Below, one piece after another: positions 10,540 through 20,861 of a stretch of 64,000 nt of DNA. Every line of letters starts with the position of its first letter. The first letter of the stretch is position 1. Both the position numbers and the translations under genes were made by a program. Source of the stretch: an uncultured Nitrospiraceae bacterium (GTDB taxonomy: Bacteria; Nitrospirota; Thermodesulfovibrionia; Thermodesulfovibrionales; SM23-35). The notes below the pieces were generated by a model that did no database searches, was not told where the DNA came from, and saw only the letters and a program-made list of their open reading frames with translations. The DNA is taken from NCBI GenBank assembly GCA_963727775.1, contig CAVSHB010000003.1:224001-288000 (forward strand). Direction: 5' to 3'.

Positions 10540-10710
10540 AAGTGGATGGGTTTTACCTGTTCATCGAAGAGGCAGGAGGACGTGAGTTTCACCTGGGTCT
10601 GAGAACCCTTTTTGTAGTGTGTTCCCTGTCTCCCAAAGCCATGATAGGTTGGTTGGGCCTATGAGCCCTTGTCACAATGGAGGTTTGGTTGGGAGACGTT
10701 CCTGCCGTCA
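10540..10710 (+). ncRNA. Putative IS110 bridge RNA (target- and donor-binding loops)
   Basis: Two stem/internal-loop/hairpin modules; guides GTTTCACCT and GTAG, GGTTGGTT and GGAG match the element junctions; boundaries approximate. Confidence 0.75.
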
Positions 10711-10737
10711 CATTATAGATAAAAAGGAGGTATCGTC

Positions 10738-11931
10738 TTGTTTAAACAGTATGTAGGTATAGATGTATCCAAAGAATTCTCAACCGCTCAAGGTCTCGAT
10801 AACAATGGCAAGAAGCTCTTTTACTTAAGATTTACCATGAACGCTGAAGGGTTCTCTGAACTGTTAAAAGCGATGATGAAACACGCTCAGTGCATTACAG
10901 AGATAAGGGTGGCCATGGAGTCCACAGGGTGTTATCACATAAATCTCTTTTCATTTCTCTCTTCAGAGGGAGTTGCCTGTGTGGTAGTTAACCCTCTATT
11001 GATTAGTAATTTTGCGGGGCTGTCTCTGCGCAAGACAAAAACAGACAAGAAGGATGCCTTGATAATCGCTCAATTTCTGCTTTCCAACGAGAAGTCCCTC
11101 TCCGCGATAGCATTCTCACAGGATGCACAAGACCTTAAAGACCTCGCGAGAGAAAGAGAATCTCTGACAGTACTGATTGCCGGAATAAAGAACGATCTCA
11201 AGCGGCTGCTCCAGGGCACGTTTCCCGAGTTAGAAAAGCTCTGCGATCCGTGTGGGGAAACTATGTTGAATTTCCTCGTCCGGTTTCCTTCAGCGCGGTT
11301 GGTACGGACCGCGAAGAAGAGAGATATTGAGAAGGCACTTATCTGTCCCAATGAGAAACGAAAACGCGTTGCGGTTTCTGTTGACGACCTGATTGCAGCC
11401 GCAAAGACTTCTGTTGCATCACTCAGTGCCGCTAAGGAACTCATACTTTCAGAGAAGGTATCGACACTTCTCTATCTTCAGGGTAAGAAGGAGAGGATGA
11501 CCGACGTACTTATAGAGACTTGTGAATCATTGAGGATCGAGGAACTGGATATCATCAGATCCGTTGATGGCGTCAATAATATCACGGGCTCGACTTTCCT
11601 TGCAGAACTTGGAGACATCAATAATTTCACTTCATACAAGCATGTCATTGCGTTTGCCGGATTGGATCCTTCAATCCATCAATCGGGACAATATGAAGGA
11701 CACAGTACGATCTCAAAGCGTGGGAATCGCCATCTAAGAAGAGTTATTTTTCTAATGACACTCTGTGCCGTAAGAAGCAAGAATACCTTCAGAGAGTATT
11801 TTCTCAGGAGGAAACAAGAGGGCCTTCCTCCCAAAAAGGCTATCCTTGCAACCGCACATAAACTCATCAGGGTCATTTTCGCAATGCTTTCGAATAAGAC
11901 TCTCTTCAGAAAGGAGGTGGCTGCCCAATAG
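10738..11931 (+). CDS. IS110-family DEDD recombinase/transposase
   Basis: YVGIDVSK, MESTG, KTKTDKKDA RuvC-like DEDD residues; HQSG serine and ISKRGN in the C-terminal domain; AAGGAGG RBS before TTG. Confidence 0.95.
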   Translation: MFKQYVGIDVSKEFSTAQGLDNNGKKLFYLRFTMNAEGFSELLKAMMKHAQCITEIRVAMESTGCYHINLFSFLSSEGVACVVVNPLLISNFAGLSLRKTKTDKKDALIIAQFLLSNEKSLSAIAFSQDAQDLKDLARERESLTVLIAGIKNDLKRLLQGTFPELEKLCDPCGETMLNFLVRFPSARLVRTAKKRDIEKALICPNEKRKRVAVSVDDLIAAAKTSVASLSAAKELILSEKVSTLLYLQGKKERMTDVLIETCESLRIEELDIIRSVDGVNNITGSTFLAELGDINNFTSYKHVIAFAGLDPSIHQSGQYEGHSTISKRGNRHLRRVIFLMTLCAVRSKNTFREYFLRRKQEGLPPKKAILATAHKLIRVIFAMLSNKTLFRKEVAAQ

Positions 11932-12205
11932 TTGACTGATAACCATCACCGCGGCAAGTTCTCCGATTGTGTTTGTTTCCGGTAAAATGTGTTTAAAATC
12001 GTTAGCGTGTTTCATCCCATACTCTTCACGGACCAGTTCACGACGACCAGAGCTTGAAGCTCTAATGCAATTTGTTAGGCAATGGGATACTATTTGATAT
12101 AATAAAACAAACCAACCACAAACTATGTGTATCAATCTAAACAGTCATCAGCCTTGCTATGGATGTATGCACATGGCAATACGAAAGATGAGAAAAGGAG
12201 AGGGT

Positions 12206-12655
12206 ATGATTAAAAAGATTCTTGTTCCTACAGACGGTTCAGAGACTGCGAATAAAGCCATCGAGTACGCGATAGAACTTGCAAGGCAGTTAGGTGCGAC
12301 AATAATATTCATGAGTGTTGTGGAGAATAGTTTATTGATCCCTCAGATCATTCCTTCTGTTGCAACGCCAACCCATCTTCTGGAACCGATTGAGGATTAT
12401 TTAAGGCAGACTGCTGAAGCCTATACCGACGAGGCCGAAAGATTATGCCAAAAAAGTGAAATTCAGCATACGAAGATTATCAGGTCTGGACATCCGGTGG
12501 AGGAAATTATCAAGGAGGCGATAAAATCAGAAGTCGATTTAATTGTAATCGGGGCACACGGCAAAAGCGCTTTGAAAGCGGCTCTTCTTGGAAGCATTAC
12601 CTTCGGGATTATAAATAAAGAGACAAAGGTCCCTGTACTTATAGTAAGAAAGTGA
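12206..12655 (+). CDS. Universal stress protein (UspA family)
   Basis: KKILVPTDGSE...DLIVIGAHG...LLGS...PVLIVR. Confidence 0.93.
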   Translation: MIKKILVPTDGSETANKAIEYAIELARQLGATIIFMSVVENSLLIPQIIPSVATPTHLLEPIEDYLRQTAEAYTDEAERLCQKSEIQHTKIIRSGHPVEEIIKEAIKSEVDLIVIGAHGKSALKAALLGSITFGIINKETKVPVLIVRK

Positions 12656-12701
12656 CACATGAAATAAAATATCACACTGGTTCTGAGCATTATCATTTCT
12701 T

Positions 12702-13313
12702 TTGAATATTACGCCCGTTGTAGAACACTTTCCATACGTTGGACTCTTTATCCTCCTTATCCTGGGAGCGATCGGTTTACCATTCCCTGAAGACACCACT
12801 CTCATCCTGTGCGGGTTCTTAATCTCCACTGAAGTTTTGAAGCCCCTTCCCGCATTGTTTGTTGTCTATTCAGGACTGTTGACTACGGATTTCTTGCTTT
12901 ATAGTATCGGGAAAAAATATGGCCATAATATTGTCCAACATAAATATTTCCAAAAAATTATATCTCCTGCGAGGCTCGTAAAACTGGAAAATAGATTTCA
13001 TAAGGGAGAGATACTTTTTATCCTGCTCGGGAGACATCTTGTCGGACTCAGGGCTCAGATATTTATTGTGTCAGGTGTTATGAGAATGGATCCTTTGAAA
13101 TTTCTACTTACAGATGCTTTTTCTTCACTTTTTACGATTACTCTTATGGTTGGAGCAGGATATGTCGGTGGCAACAGTTTGCAGGTTATTAAAAAAGATA
13201 TTACAAAGGTTGAGCATATCGCAATCTTGCTTTCAGTCTTTCTGATTGTCATATTCATGTTTTATAAGTTTTATAGGTACAGGCATGATAAAGATTTTAG
13301 AGCCAAGACATGA
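12702..13313 (+). CDS. DedA/SNARE-associated membrane protein
   Basis: GLPFPED, LGRHLVGLR motifs; TTG start uncertain. Confidence 0.88.
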   Translation: MNITPVVEHFPYVGLFILLILGAIGLPFPEDTTLILCGFLISTEVLKPLPALFVVYSGLLTTDFLLYSIGKKYGHNIVQHKYFQKIISPARLVKLENRFHKGEILFILLGRHLVGLRAQIFIVSGVMRMDPLKFLLTDAFSSLFTITLMVGAGYVGGNSLQVIKKDITKVEHIAILLSVFLIVIFMFYKFYRYRHDKDFRAKT

Positions 13314-13454
13314 TATATGTACATTTATAATTGGGGTAGATTTATTATGACGGACATCAAACAACAAAATCAGCTATTTCTTCGACGCTTGCGAGGCCTC
13401 TATTTCGAGTTCGTCACGAGACTTTGGCAGCTTATTTTCGGGAATACGAAGTGC

Positions 13455-14093
13455 TTATTCTCCTCCTCGTATGCGCAGGTGATCTCGCATATAAGACCGG
13501 TCGCCCATTATGTGTAATAATGGGCCATGCGCCGCAAATTCCACGATGCTGATAGAGGCCACTGGCATGCTAATGCGATCGCGAAAACGCCCCACGTCAA
13601 TGCCTAATAGTGAGCACAACATAATGCGGGTCGTGGCCTTATGAGAAACGACAAGGACATTTCCTGTAGAGTAAGTTTTCTCAATTTCCTCAAGCAAAAG
13701 TGAACTGCGCCGAGCGATATCAATGCCTTTTTGTCCTCCGGTGGGAGCATTCCATCCTGGATCAGTTAACCAGCGGACATAGTCATCATGAAACTCGCGA
13801 TTAACATCTTCGGGAGTCTTACCCTCCCATTGACCAAAAGCAATTTCTTTCAACCCTTCTTTGAGGTGCATTTGTATTCCCGCCGCCTCGCAAAGAGGTT
13901 TGGCCGTGGCTACGGCACGGCGTAGCGGACTGGAAAAAACAGCGACCCACGGAAGAGATTTATAAGCATCGGCAAAATCCTCTGCCATCTGATAACCTGC
14001 CGGGGTCAAGTCTGGGTCGAGAGTCCCGCAGTAACCTCCTGTTTGGCTGGCAGTGGTTTCCCCATGTCGCAGAAAATAGATGATTAAACTCAT
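13455..14093 (-). CDS. Histidine phosphatase (phosphoglycerate mutase family)
   Basis: LRHGET, SSPLRRA, LKEIAFGQWEG, VVSH. Confidence 0.92.
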   Translation of the reverse strand: MSLIIYFLRHGETTASQTGGYCGTLDPDLTPAGYQMAEDFADAYKSLPWVAVFSSPLRRAVATAKPLCEAAGIQMHLKEGLKEIAFGQWEGKTPEDVNREFHDDYVRWLTDPGWNAPTGGQKGIDIARRSSLLLEEIEKTYSTGNVLVVSHKATTRIMLCSLLGIDVGRFRDRISMPVASISIVEFAAHGPLLHIMGDRSYMRDHLRIRGGE

Positions 14094-14138
14094 AATTTAA
14101 GTCCTCCTCTTTGCTTTAATCGCACGACGTCTACCCAA

Positions 14139-14391
14139 TCAGGTAACAACCTTTGCTTGGTTTGCCCGCGAGTCCACATTATTTTCCGCCTCGGTTCTGT
14201 ACTGGCCAAGGTGTGCAGCACTGCTGAACCTGGCTTGATGATACAGAGCCTGGTGCGCTGCAGCTGGATTTGTCTGCTGACCCCTCCATCTTTCATCTTT
14301 CCGAATATCCCGCTCCGCCTGATCCCAGTCCTGAACTGCTCGACCGTCCTGACGGCCTCGTTGCTAGTAGAGTTCATAGGCCCGTATGGCG
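14139..14391 (-). pseudogene. Broken DUF2934-like ATPase tail joined to a class I aldolase C-terminal remnant
   Basis: Alternative frame reads AIRAYELY*QRGRQDGRAVQDWDQAERDI, then WRGQQTNPAAAHQALYHQARFSSAAHLGQY, which aligns with the C-terminus of the aldolase at 19271-20299. Confidence 0.7.
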
Positions 14392-16899
14392 CTGCGGTGT
14401 AAGATCGAGCGGCTTCTTGGCCAATAGGGGCGCGGCAGTTGGATCGAACACCCGATACGCAAGCAGTTTCAACCGATCATTCACGAGGAACCACACCAGC
14501 GCATAGCCCCAAACGGACAGCGCCCAACCCCAGCTGAGGGGTGTCATAAACAGCCCATAAACCGCTATCAACGTCGCTAGGATTTGCGTCCCGAGCACTG
14601 CCACCCATAAAATCCGCGCTGGCCGATGAGACCAGAACGGGCCGCGTGTGCGCGTTAGAAAGATCGTCAGATGTCCGGCCACGGACAGCTTCAAATACAT
14701 CAGCGTCTGGATGTGCGCACGGTCGAGGTGAAAGACACGCTCACCGAGATAAAACAGGCCGAAGGCAGAGACGACCCCGATGACGCCCAGTACCGTGGCG
14801 ACCCCCAGCACCATGCGCATATTCCATGCCTCGGGCTTGTCCTTGTACTGAACGTTGTCGTACGCAATGGACAGAATCGCCCCGTCGTTGAGCAACGCCA
14901 GCATCACGATCATCACTGCTGTCAACGGATAAAAGTTAAACACCAGGATCGCCAGCGTCATGAACAACAGCACGCGCAGCGTTTCGGCGATGCGGTATAT
15001 GGCATAGCTGTTCATCCGCTGGAAGATTTTTCGGCTCTCCTTGATAGCGTCTATGATCACCGACAGGCCAGGCGTCATCAGCACAATGGACGCCGCCGCG
15101 CGCGCCGCGTCCGTCGCGCTCGAAACGGCGATGCCACAGTCAGCCTTCTTCAGCGGGGGGGCGTCATTCACCCCGTCGCCCGTCATGCCGACAATGTGGC
15201 CGCTTTGCTGCAGGACGTCTACAATGTGGAACTTATGTTCGGGAAACACCTGGGCGAAGCCGTCCGCTTTCTCGATGGACTCCGCCAACTGCGCCGTCTC
15301 GTGATGCTTCGTGTCGCCGAAGACGCTGGCATCGAGGATATTTGTACCCATCCCCAATTTTCCAGCGGTTTCCCGTGCGATGGCCAGTGCATCGCCCGTA
15401 ACCATCTTAACGTTCACGCCCATCTGGCGCGCAGTAGCGATGGTTGTCTTGGCATCTTCCCGTGGCGGATCGAACAGGGGCAACACGCCTAGAAACTGCC
15501 ATTGGCCTTGCGCGTCCGTCCGCGCCACACCCACCGAGCGGAATCCGCGCACCGCAAATTCGTTTACGGCCTTCTCGACGGCGGGCTTTACCTCACCGGC
15601 GTTGTCTGACAATTCCAAGATCACCTGCGGCGCGCCCTTGGTCACCTTGAACTCCTTTCCGTCCGTGCCCTTGACGGTGGCTTCGGTGCGCTTATGCACC
15701 GGGTCGAACGGCTGGAAATGAACCACCTGGTAGCCATTCAAGGCCTGATCATTTTTCAGGCCGCCCAGCACGGCCAGGTCAATGGTGTCCTTATTGTCCG
15801 TGCGCGACGCCAGCGCGGCGTTGAGAATGACTTGATCGGCAGGGATGCCGTTCACGCTGAACGGATCGCCCAGCGTCAGCTTGTTCTGCGTCAGGGTGCC
15901 GGTCTTGTCCGCGCACAGTATGTCTACGCCCGCCAATTCCTCGATGGCTGCCAACCGGGTCACAATCGCCTTTTTTTTGGCCAGCAGGCGCGCGCCGACC
16001 GCCATGGTTACGGACAGCACCGTCGGCATCGCAACGGGAATCGCGGCCACGGTCAAGACCAATGCGAACTGAAGCGTGGTAAGGATCGGGTCACCGCGGA
16101 AGATTGCGACGCCCAGAATCAATACCACCAGGGTCACTGCGAGGATGATCAGGTAATTGCCGATCTTCAACACTGCGCGTTGAAAGTGGCTCGGTGTCTG
16201 CGCCTCCTGCACCAGTTGCGCTGTCTTGCCGAAGTAAGTGTTCTGGCCCGTGGCGTACACGAGCGCGTCGATTTCGCCCTGACGGATGATCGAACCGGAA
16301 AACACAGCCTCGCCAGGTTTGCGCGTGGCGGGTAACGACTCTCCCGTCAGCGCGGACTGATCTACCTCAACAGGATCGCCCTCCAGCAAGCGCGCATCCG
16401 CCGGCACGATGTCGCCCAGACGCATGTGGATGACGTCGCCCGGCACAAGCTCACGCGCCTCCTGGGTCGTCCACTTCCCATCACGTTTCACTTGGGCCTT
16501 GATCGCCAGCTTGGCCTTCAGCGCGGCGATGGCGTTGCCCGCCTGGTGTTCTTCCCAGAATCCAACCACGGCATTAGCCAGGAGCAGAACAAGGATGATG
16601 GCAAAGTCCGGCCAATGCCGGGCTACCGCCGAAAGGATCACGGCCACTTCGATCATCCACGGGATGGGACCCCAAAAATAGGTGAGAAATTTAAGCAACA
16701 GATTGGTCTTCTTTTCTTCAATCTCGTTAGGCCCATATTGGCTCAGACGTTTCTGCGCCTCGTCTTGACTTAAGCCGTCCGGCGACGACCCCAACTTTGT
16801 CTGCAGTTCCGGCATAGGAAGGGATTTTAGATCGTCCTTCGCGGTGGGCTTAGATTCCGGCTTCGGTTCGGGTTTATTTTTGCTTACGTGTTCCTTCAT
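14374..16899 (-). CDS. P3A-type (plasma-membrane-like) proton-efflux P-type ATPase
   Basis: DQSALTGES, AAIPVAMP, CADKTGTLT, FDPVHKRT, KGAPQV, MVTGD, TGDGVND, ALLNDG (TM6 Asp); start at MKEHV after AAGGAGG. Confidence 0.93.
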   Translation of the reverse strand: MKEHVSKNKPEPKPESKPTAKDDLKSLPMPELQTKLGSSPDGLSQDEAQKRLSQYGPNEIEEKKTNLLLKFLTYFWGPIPWMIEVAVILSAVARHWPDFAIILVLLLANAVVGFWEEHQAGNAIAALKAKLAIKAQVKRDGKWTTQEARELVPGDVIHMRLGDIVPADARLLEGDPVEVDQSALTGESLPATRKPGEAVFSGSIIRQGEIDALVYATGQNTYFGKTAQLVQEAQTPSHFQRAVLKIGNYLIILAVTLVVLILGVAIFRGDPILTTLQFALVLTVAAIPVAMPTVLSVTMAVGARLLAKKKAIVTRLAAIEELAGVDILCADKTGTLTQNKLTLGDPFSVNGIPADQVILNAALASRTDNKDTIDLAVLGGLKNDQALNGYQVVHFQPFDPVHKRTEATVKGTDGKEFKVTKGAPQVILELSDNAGEVKPAVEKAVNEFAVRGFRSVGVARTDAQGQWQFLGVLPLFDPPREDAKTTIATARQMGVNVKMVTGDALAIARETAGKLGMGTNILDASVFGDTKHHETAQLAESIEKADGFAQVFPEHKFHIVDVLQQSGHIVGMTGDGVNDAPPLKKADCGIAVSSATDAARAAASIVLMTPGLSVIIDAIKESRKIFQRMNSYAIYRIAETLRVLLFMTLAILVFNFYPLTAVMIVMLALLNDGAILSIAYDNVQYKDKPEAWNMRMVLGVATVLGVIGVVSAFGLFYLGERVFHLDRAHIQTLMYLKLSVAGHLTIFLTRTRGPFWSHRPARILWVAVLGTQILATLIAVYGLFMTPLSWGWALSVWGYALVWFLVNDRLKLLAYRVFDPTAAPLLAKKPLDLTPQRHTGL

Positions 16900-17620
16900 A
16901 GTGGGCCTCCTTAGCTCTTTCGCGAAGAGCGCGTATATTTTTCGTAACATCTCCCTTAAATACAGCGCTTCCGGCTATAAGATGGGTAGCTCCGGCCTTT
17001 ACGACCAGCGGTATAGTATTATTATTTATTCCACCATCCACTCCTACATTTATATCAAGGCCTTTTTGATATAACATTGTTTTAACAGCCGCTACTTTTT
17101 TTTCTGACCCCCTTATAAATGTCTGTCCGCCGAAGCCCGGTTCAACGGTCATGATCAAGATCATATTCACCTTATCAATGATATCTTTAATGGTATCGAG
17201 CGGCGTTTTCGGCCGTAGTGATATCCCGGCTTTCATTTTCAGGCCCTTTATCATCTCCACGGCCTTTCTGAAATTCCGGCACGCTTCCTGATGTATAATT
17301 ATGCAATCAGAACCGGCTCGTTTAAAATCCGCCACATATCGTTTCGGATGATCAATCATGAGATGCGTCTGAAGATAAAGGTCGGTATATTTTCTTATCG
17401 CTTTTATTACTACGGGGCCGATAGAGATGTTCGGCACAAAATGCCCGTCCATTACATCCAGATGCAGGCGCGAACATCCAGCCCTTTCTACTTTTTTGAT
17501 CTCTTTGCCGAGATTTGTAAAATCGGCCGATAGTATTGACGGAACTACCTCTATTCTTTGCGTAAAATACTTTTCTTCCTTTCCAATCGCATACTGTTGT
17601 TGTGGTTGTTTTTCGGTCAT
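16874..17620 (-). CDS. rpe: Ribulose-phosphate 3-epimerase
   Basis: PSILSADF, HLDVMDGHFVPN, MTVEPGFGGQ, VDGGIN. Confidence 0.96.
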   Translation of the reverse strand: MTEKQPQQQYAIGKEEKYFTQRIEVVPSILSADFTNLGKEIKKVERAGCSRLHLDVMDGHFVPNISIGPVVIKAIRKYTDLYLQTHLMIDHPKRYVADFKRAGSDCIIIHQEACRNFRKAVEMIKGLKMKAGISLRPKTPLDTIKDIIDKVNMILIMTVEPGFGGQTFIRGSEKKVAAVKTMLYQKGLDINVGVDGGINNNTIPLVVKAGATHLIAGSAVFKGDVTKNIRALRERAKEAHYEGTRKQK

Positions 17621-17624
17621 GGTT

Positions 17625-19274
17625 TTATCGCTTATGCACCAGTTTCTTGGACCTTCTATAGCGCCGGATCAAGCTGTTGGTTGAGCTATCGTGCTTGAGT
17701 TGGCACTTTGCTCCTGTCTCAAGTTCGGGAATGATGCGTGCGGCAAGCGCCTTCCCCAGTTCGACCCCCCACTGATCAAACGAATCAATCTGCCAGATGG
17801 CGCCTTGAATGAAAACGCTGTGTTCGTATAGTGCTACAAGCTTACCTAGCGCCTCCGGTGTCAAGCGCTCCAAACAAATCGTACTGGATGGACGATTACC
17901 CTCAAAGATCCGGTGCGGCAGAAGCCATTCTGGTGTACTCTCAGCCCGGAGCTCCTGAGGCGTTTTTCCAAAAGCCAGCGCCTCTGCCTGGGCAAAAACA
18001 TTAGCCAAGAGCAAGTCGTGGTGACGGCCAATAGGATTAAGAGGTTGCATAAACGCGATAAAGTCACAAGGGATGAGCTTAGTCCCCTGATGAATTAATT
18101 GGTAGAAGGAGTGCTGGCCATTGGTGCCCGGCTCTCCCCAGTAGATCGAACCGGTTTGGTAAGCGACCTCCGCCCCATCAAGCGTAACGTGCTTACCATT
18201 GCTCTCCATTGTCAACTGCTGGAGGTAAGCCGGGAAGCGCTTCAAGTACTGCTCATACGGCAGAACCGCAATGGTCTGTGTATCAAAAAAGTTGTTATAC
18301 CAAATACCTAGGAGTTCCATGAGCACCGGCAAGTTGCGCTCGAAAGGGGCAGTGCGGAAATGCTCGTCCATCTGGTGGAAACCATCGAGCATCGCACGGA
18401 AATCTTTGGGGCCAATGGCAATCATCGTAGAAAGACCAATCGCCGAATCCATTGAGTATCGTCCGCCGACCCAATCCCAAAACTCGAACATATTTGCAGT
18501 GTCGATGCCGAAATTAGCCACTGCCCCAACGTTGGTCGAGACCGCGACGAAATGCCTGGCAACAGCAGCGGGATCTTTTAAAGTCTGGAGGACCCAGTCG
18601 CGGGCCGTGTGCGCATTGGTCATCGTCTCCAGGGTCGTAAAGGTCTTGGACGAGATGATAAACAGCGTCTCCTCCGCATCGAGGTCGCGAGTGGCCTCGG
18701 CGAAGTCAGTGCCGTCGATGTTGGAGACGAAGCGGAAAGTCAGGTTGCGCTGGCTGTAATGCCGTAATGCCTCGTACACCATCACTGGCCCAAGGTCAGA
18801 CCCACCGATGCCAATATTGATGATGTTGCGGATCGACTTACCGGTGTGGCCCTTCCATTCCCCGCTGCGCACACGGGTGGAAAAGTCAGTCATTTTGTCG
18901 AGCACGGCGTGGACCTGAGGCACGACGTCTTCGCCGTCCACGACGATGGATTGCCCTTTGGGGTCGCGCAGGGCCACGTGCAGGACGGCCCGCTTCTCCG
19001 TGACGTTGATCTTCTCACCCCGGAACATGGCATCGATGCGAGCCCGCAGGCCAGACTCCTCCGTCAATTGCAAAAGGAGCCTGAGTGTCTCGTCGGTGAT
19101 GCGGTGCTTCGAATAGTCAAAGTATATGCCGACAGCCTCAGCTGTCATGCGCTCTCCGCGCTTTGGATCGTCCGCGAAGAGCTTACGAAGATGCGACTCC
19201 CGGACTTTCGGGTAATGTGCTTCGAGGGCCTGCCAGGCCGCGAGTTTCGCAAGTTGCGGGATACTTGTTGTCAT
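17625..19274 (-). CDS. pgi: Glucose-6-phosphate isomerase
   Basis: [33 protein letters not shown]; start MTTSIP at 19274. Confidence 0.96.
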   Translation of the reverse strand: MTTSIPQLAKLAAWQALEAHYPKVRESHLRKLFADDPKRGERMTAEAVGIYFDYSKHRITDETLRLLLQLTEESGLRARIDAMFRGEKINVTEKRAVLHVALRDPKGQSIVVDGEDVVPQVHAVLDKMTDFSTRVRSGEWKGHTGKSIRNIINIGIGGSDLGPVMVYEALRHYSQRNLTFRFVSNIDGTDFAEATRDLDAEETLFIISSKTFTTLETMTNAHTARDWVLQTLKDPAAVARHFVAVSTNVGAVANFGIDTANMFEFWDWVGGRYSMDSAIGLSTMIAIGPKDFRAMLDGFHQMDEHFRTAPFERNLPVLMELLGIWYNNFFDTQTIAVLPYEQYLKRFPAYLQQLTMESNGKHVTLDGAEVAYQTGSIYWGEPGTNGQHSFYQLIHQGTKLIPCDFIAFMQPLNPIGRHHDLLLANVFAQAEALAFGKTPQELRAESTPEWLLPHRIFEGNRPSSTICLERLTPEALGKLVALYEHSVFIQGAIWQIDSFDQWGVELGKALAARIIPELETGAKCQLKHDSSTNSLIRRYRRSKKLVHKR

Positions 19275-20299
19275 GCTTTTGTCCTTTCCATCGCAGCATT
19301 GTATTCGCCACGGCGCGCAGCCCGGTTGCATTTGGCTCGATGATACAAAGCTTGCTGTGCCGCTAGCACATAGGCCTCCTCGCCTTGCCAAATCTCCAAA
19401 GCCGGTTGCTGGATAGCGCGGGCAAATGAAAACGCCAACGCCCAGGGCAGTCGCGACTTGAATCTGACATTCATGGCATTCAAACGGGCCGAGGCCAGTT
19501 CGCCGGATTGCCCGCCCGACAAGAACGCAATCCCCGGAACGGCAGCGGGAACGGTGCGCAAAAGACACGTCACCGTGGCGTCAGCCACCTCGTCCACCTC
19601 TTCTTGCTTGGGGCAAGTTAATCCCGGAAGCACCATGTTGGGCTTCAGGATTATACCCTCCAGCACCACCCGTTGTGTGTAAAGCTGGTTGAAAACCGTT
19701 CGCAGCACTTTCTCCGTTACCTCGCGGCATCGCCCCAGGGTATGCTCGCCGTCCATGAGCACTTCCGGCTCGACGACTGGTACAAGTCCGGCTTCTTGGC
19801 ACAACGCGGCATAGCGAGCCAACGCCTGTGCGTTAGCCTCGATGCACCCCCCGCTGGGAATGCCAGCGCCCACGGTAATCACCGCGCGCCACTTGGCAAA
19901 GCGGGCGCCCATTTGAAAATATTCCTTGAAACGGTCGCGCAATCCGTCCAGACCTTCGGTTATTTTCTCTCCGGGATGACCTGCCATGTCCTTTGCACCG
20001 GTGTCAACTTTGATGCCGCGAATGATTCCCGCATCGGTGATTACTTTAACAAAGGGAGTGCCATCTTTCTTCTGCTGGCGGATCGTCTCGTCGTAGAGGA
20101 TCACGCCACTAATGTACTCGTAGAGACCAGGCGTGGTCACAATCAACTCCCGATAGGCGCGCCGGGCCTCCTCGGTCTGGGGTATGCCCAACCTGGCAAA
20201 TCGTTTGTTGCAGGTTGTATTACTTTCATCCATCGCCAGCAGGCCCTTGTCGCCGGCAACCAGCGTCCTCGCAGTGGCTATTAGCTCTTGTGAATGCAT
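19271..20299 (-). CDS. Fructose-bisphosphate aldolase class I (glycolytic/eukaryote-like type)
   Basis: [31 protein letters not shown] Schiff-base Lys, FLSGGQS. Confidence 0.95.
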   Translation of the reverse strand: MHSQELIATARTLVAGDKGLLAMDESNTTCNKRFARLGIPQTEEARRAYRELIVTTPGLYEYISGVILYDETIRQQKKDGTPFVKVITDAGIIRGIKVDTGAKDMAGHPGEKITEGLDGLRDRFKEYFQMGARFAKWRAVITVGAGIPSGGCIEANAQALARYAALCQEAGLVPVVEPEVLMDGEHTLGRCREVTEKVLRTVFNQLYTQRVVLEGIILKPNMVLPGLTCPKQEEVDEVADATVTCLLRTVPAAVPGIAFLSGGQSGELASARLNAMNVRFKSRLPWALAFSFARAIQQPALEIWQGEEAYVLAAQQALYHRAKCNRAARRGEYNAAMERTKA

Positions 20300-20374
20300 C
20301 TCTGATGCCTCCAATTATTAATGGATCATGATCTGGCAGTGTCTCTGGAATATATACAAAAGTATTTTCCCCTA

Positions 20375-20830
20375 TTAAGACTTCTTCTCTGTTTCCAATG
20401 CGGCCACTTTTGCAAGACGGCGCTTGAACCGCTCGTCCCCATTGAAATGGGCGCTCAGGAATATCTGGACCAAATCCCAGGATAGAGCATATCCGGTGAC
20501 ACGGCCGCCCAGACACATAACATTCATGTCGTCGTCCTCTACCCCCTGATGTGCGGAAAAGGAATCTGTAATCAACGCCGCGCGCACGCTGGGCACCTTG
20601 TTGGCTACAACGCAAGCACCTACCCCGCTGCCGCAGATGGCCAGGCCCCGGGTGACCTCACCCCTTGCCACCGCCCTTGCCAAGGGCACCACAAAGTCCG
20701 GATAGTCATCTCCTATAACCAACCCAAGGGCGCCAAAGTCCGCCACCTCATGACCGGCGGCCTTTAGGGCCGCAGTCAGTTGCACTTTCAAATCAAACCC
20801 GCCATGGTCTCCAGCTATACCAATGCGCAT
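20375..20830 (-). CDS. rpiB: Ribose-5-phosphate isomerase B (RpiB/LacAB)
   Basis: GDHGG, DDYPD, ICGSGVG, ANKV, MNVMCLGGR. Confidence 0.93.
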   Translation of the reverse strand: MRIGIAGDHGGFDLKVQLTAALKAAGHEVADFGALGLVIGDDYPDFVVPLARAVARGEVTRGLAICGSGVGACVVANKVPSVRAALITDSFSAHQGVEDDDMNVMCLGGRVTGYALSWDLVQIFLSAHFNGDERFKRRLAKVAALETEKKS

Positions 20831-20861
20831 TATTTTCCTCCTCGCTCAGTGTTTCCTCTTT

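Larger units (their letters stand above)
10510..11937 (+). mobile_element. IS110-family element, CT core at both ends
   Basis: No terminal inverted repeats; CT at 10510-10511 and 11936-11937; ends inferred from guide matches and junction-promoter logic. Confidence 0.78.

Noticed and set aside
14090..14377. 95-aa ORF in the track
   Set aside because: The recognisable homology (DUF2934-like and aldolase tail) lies in a different frame
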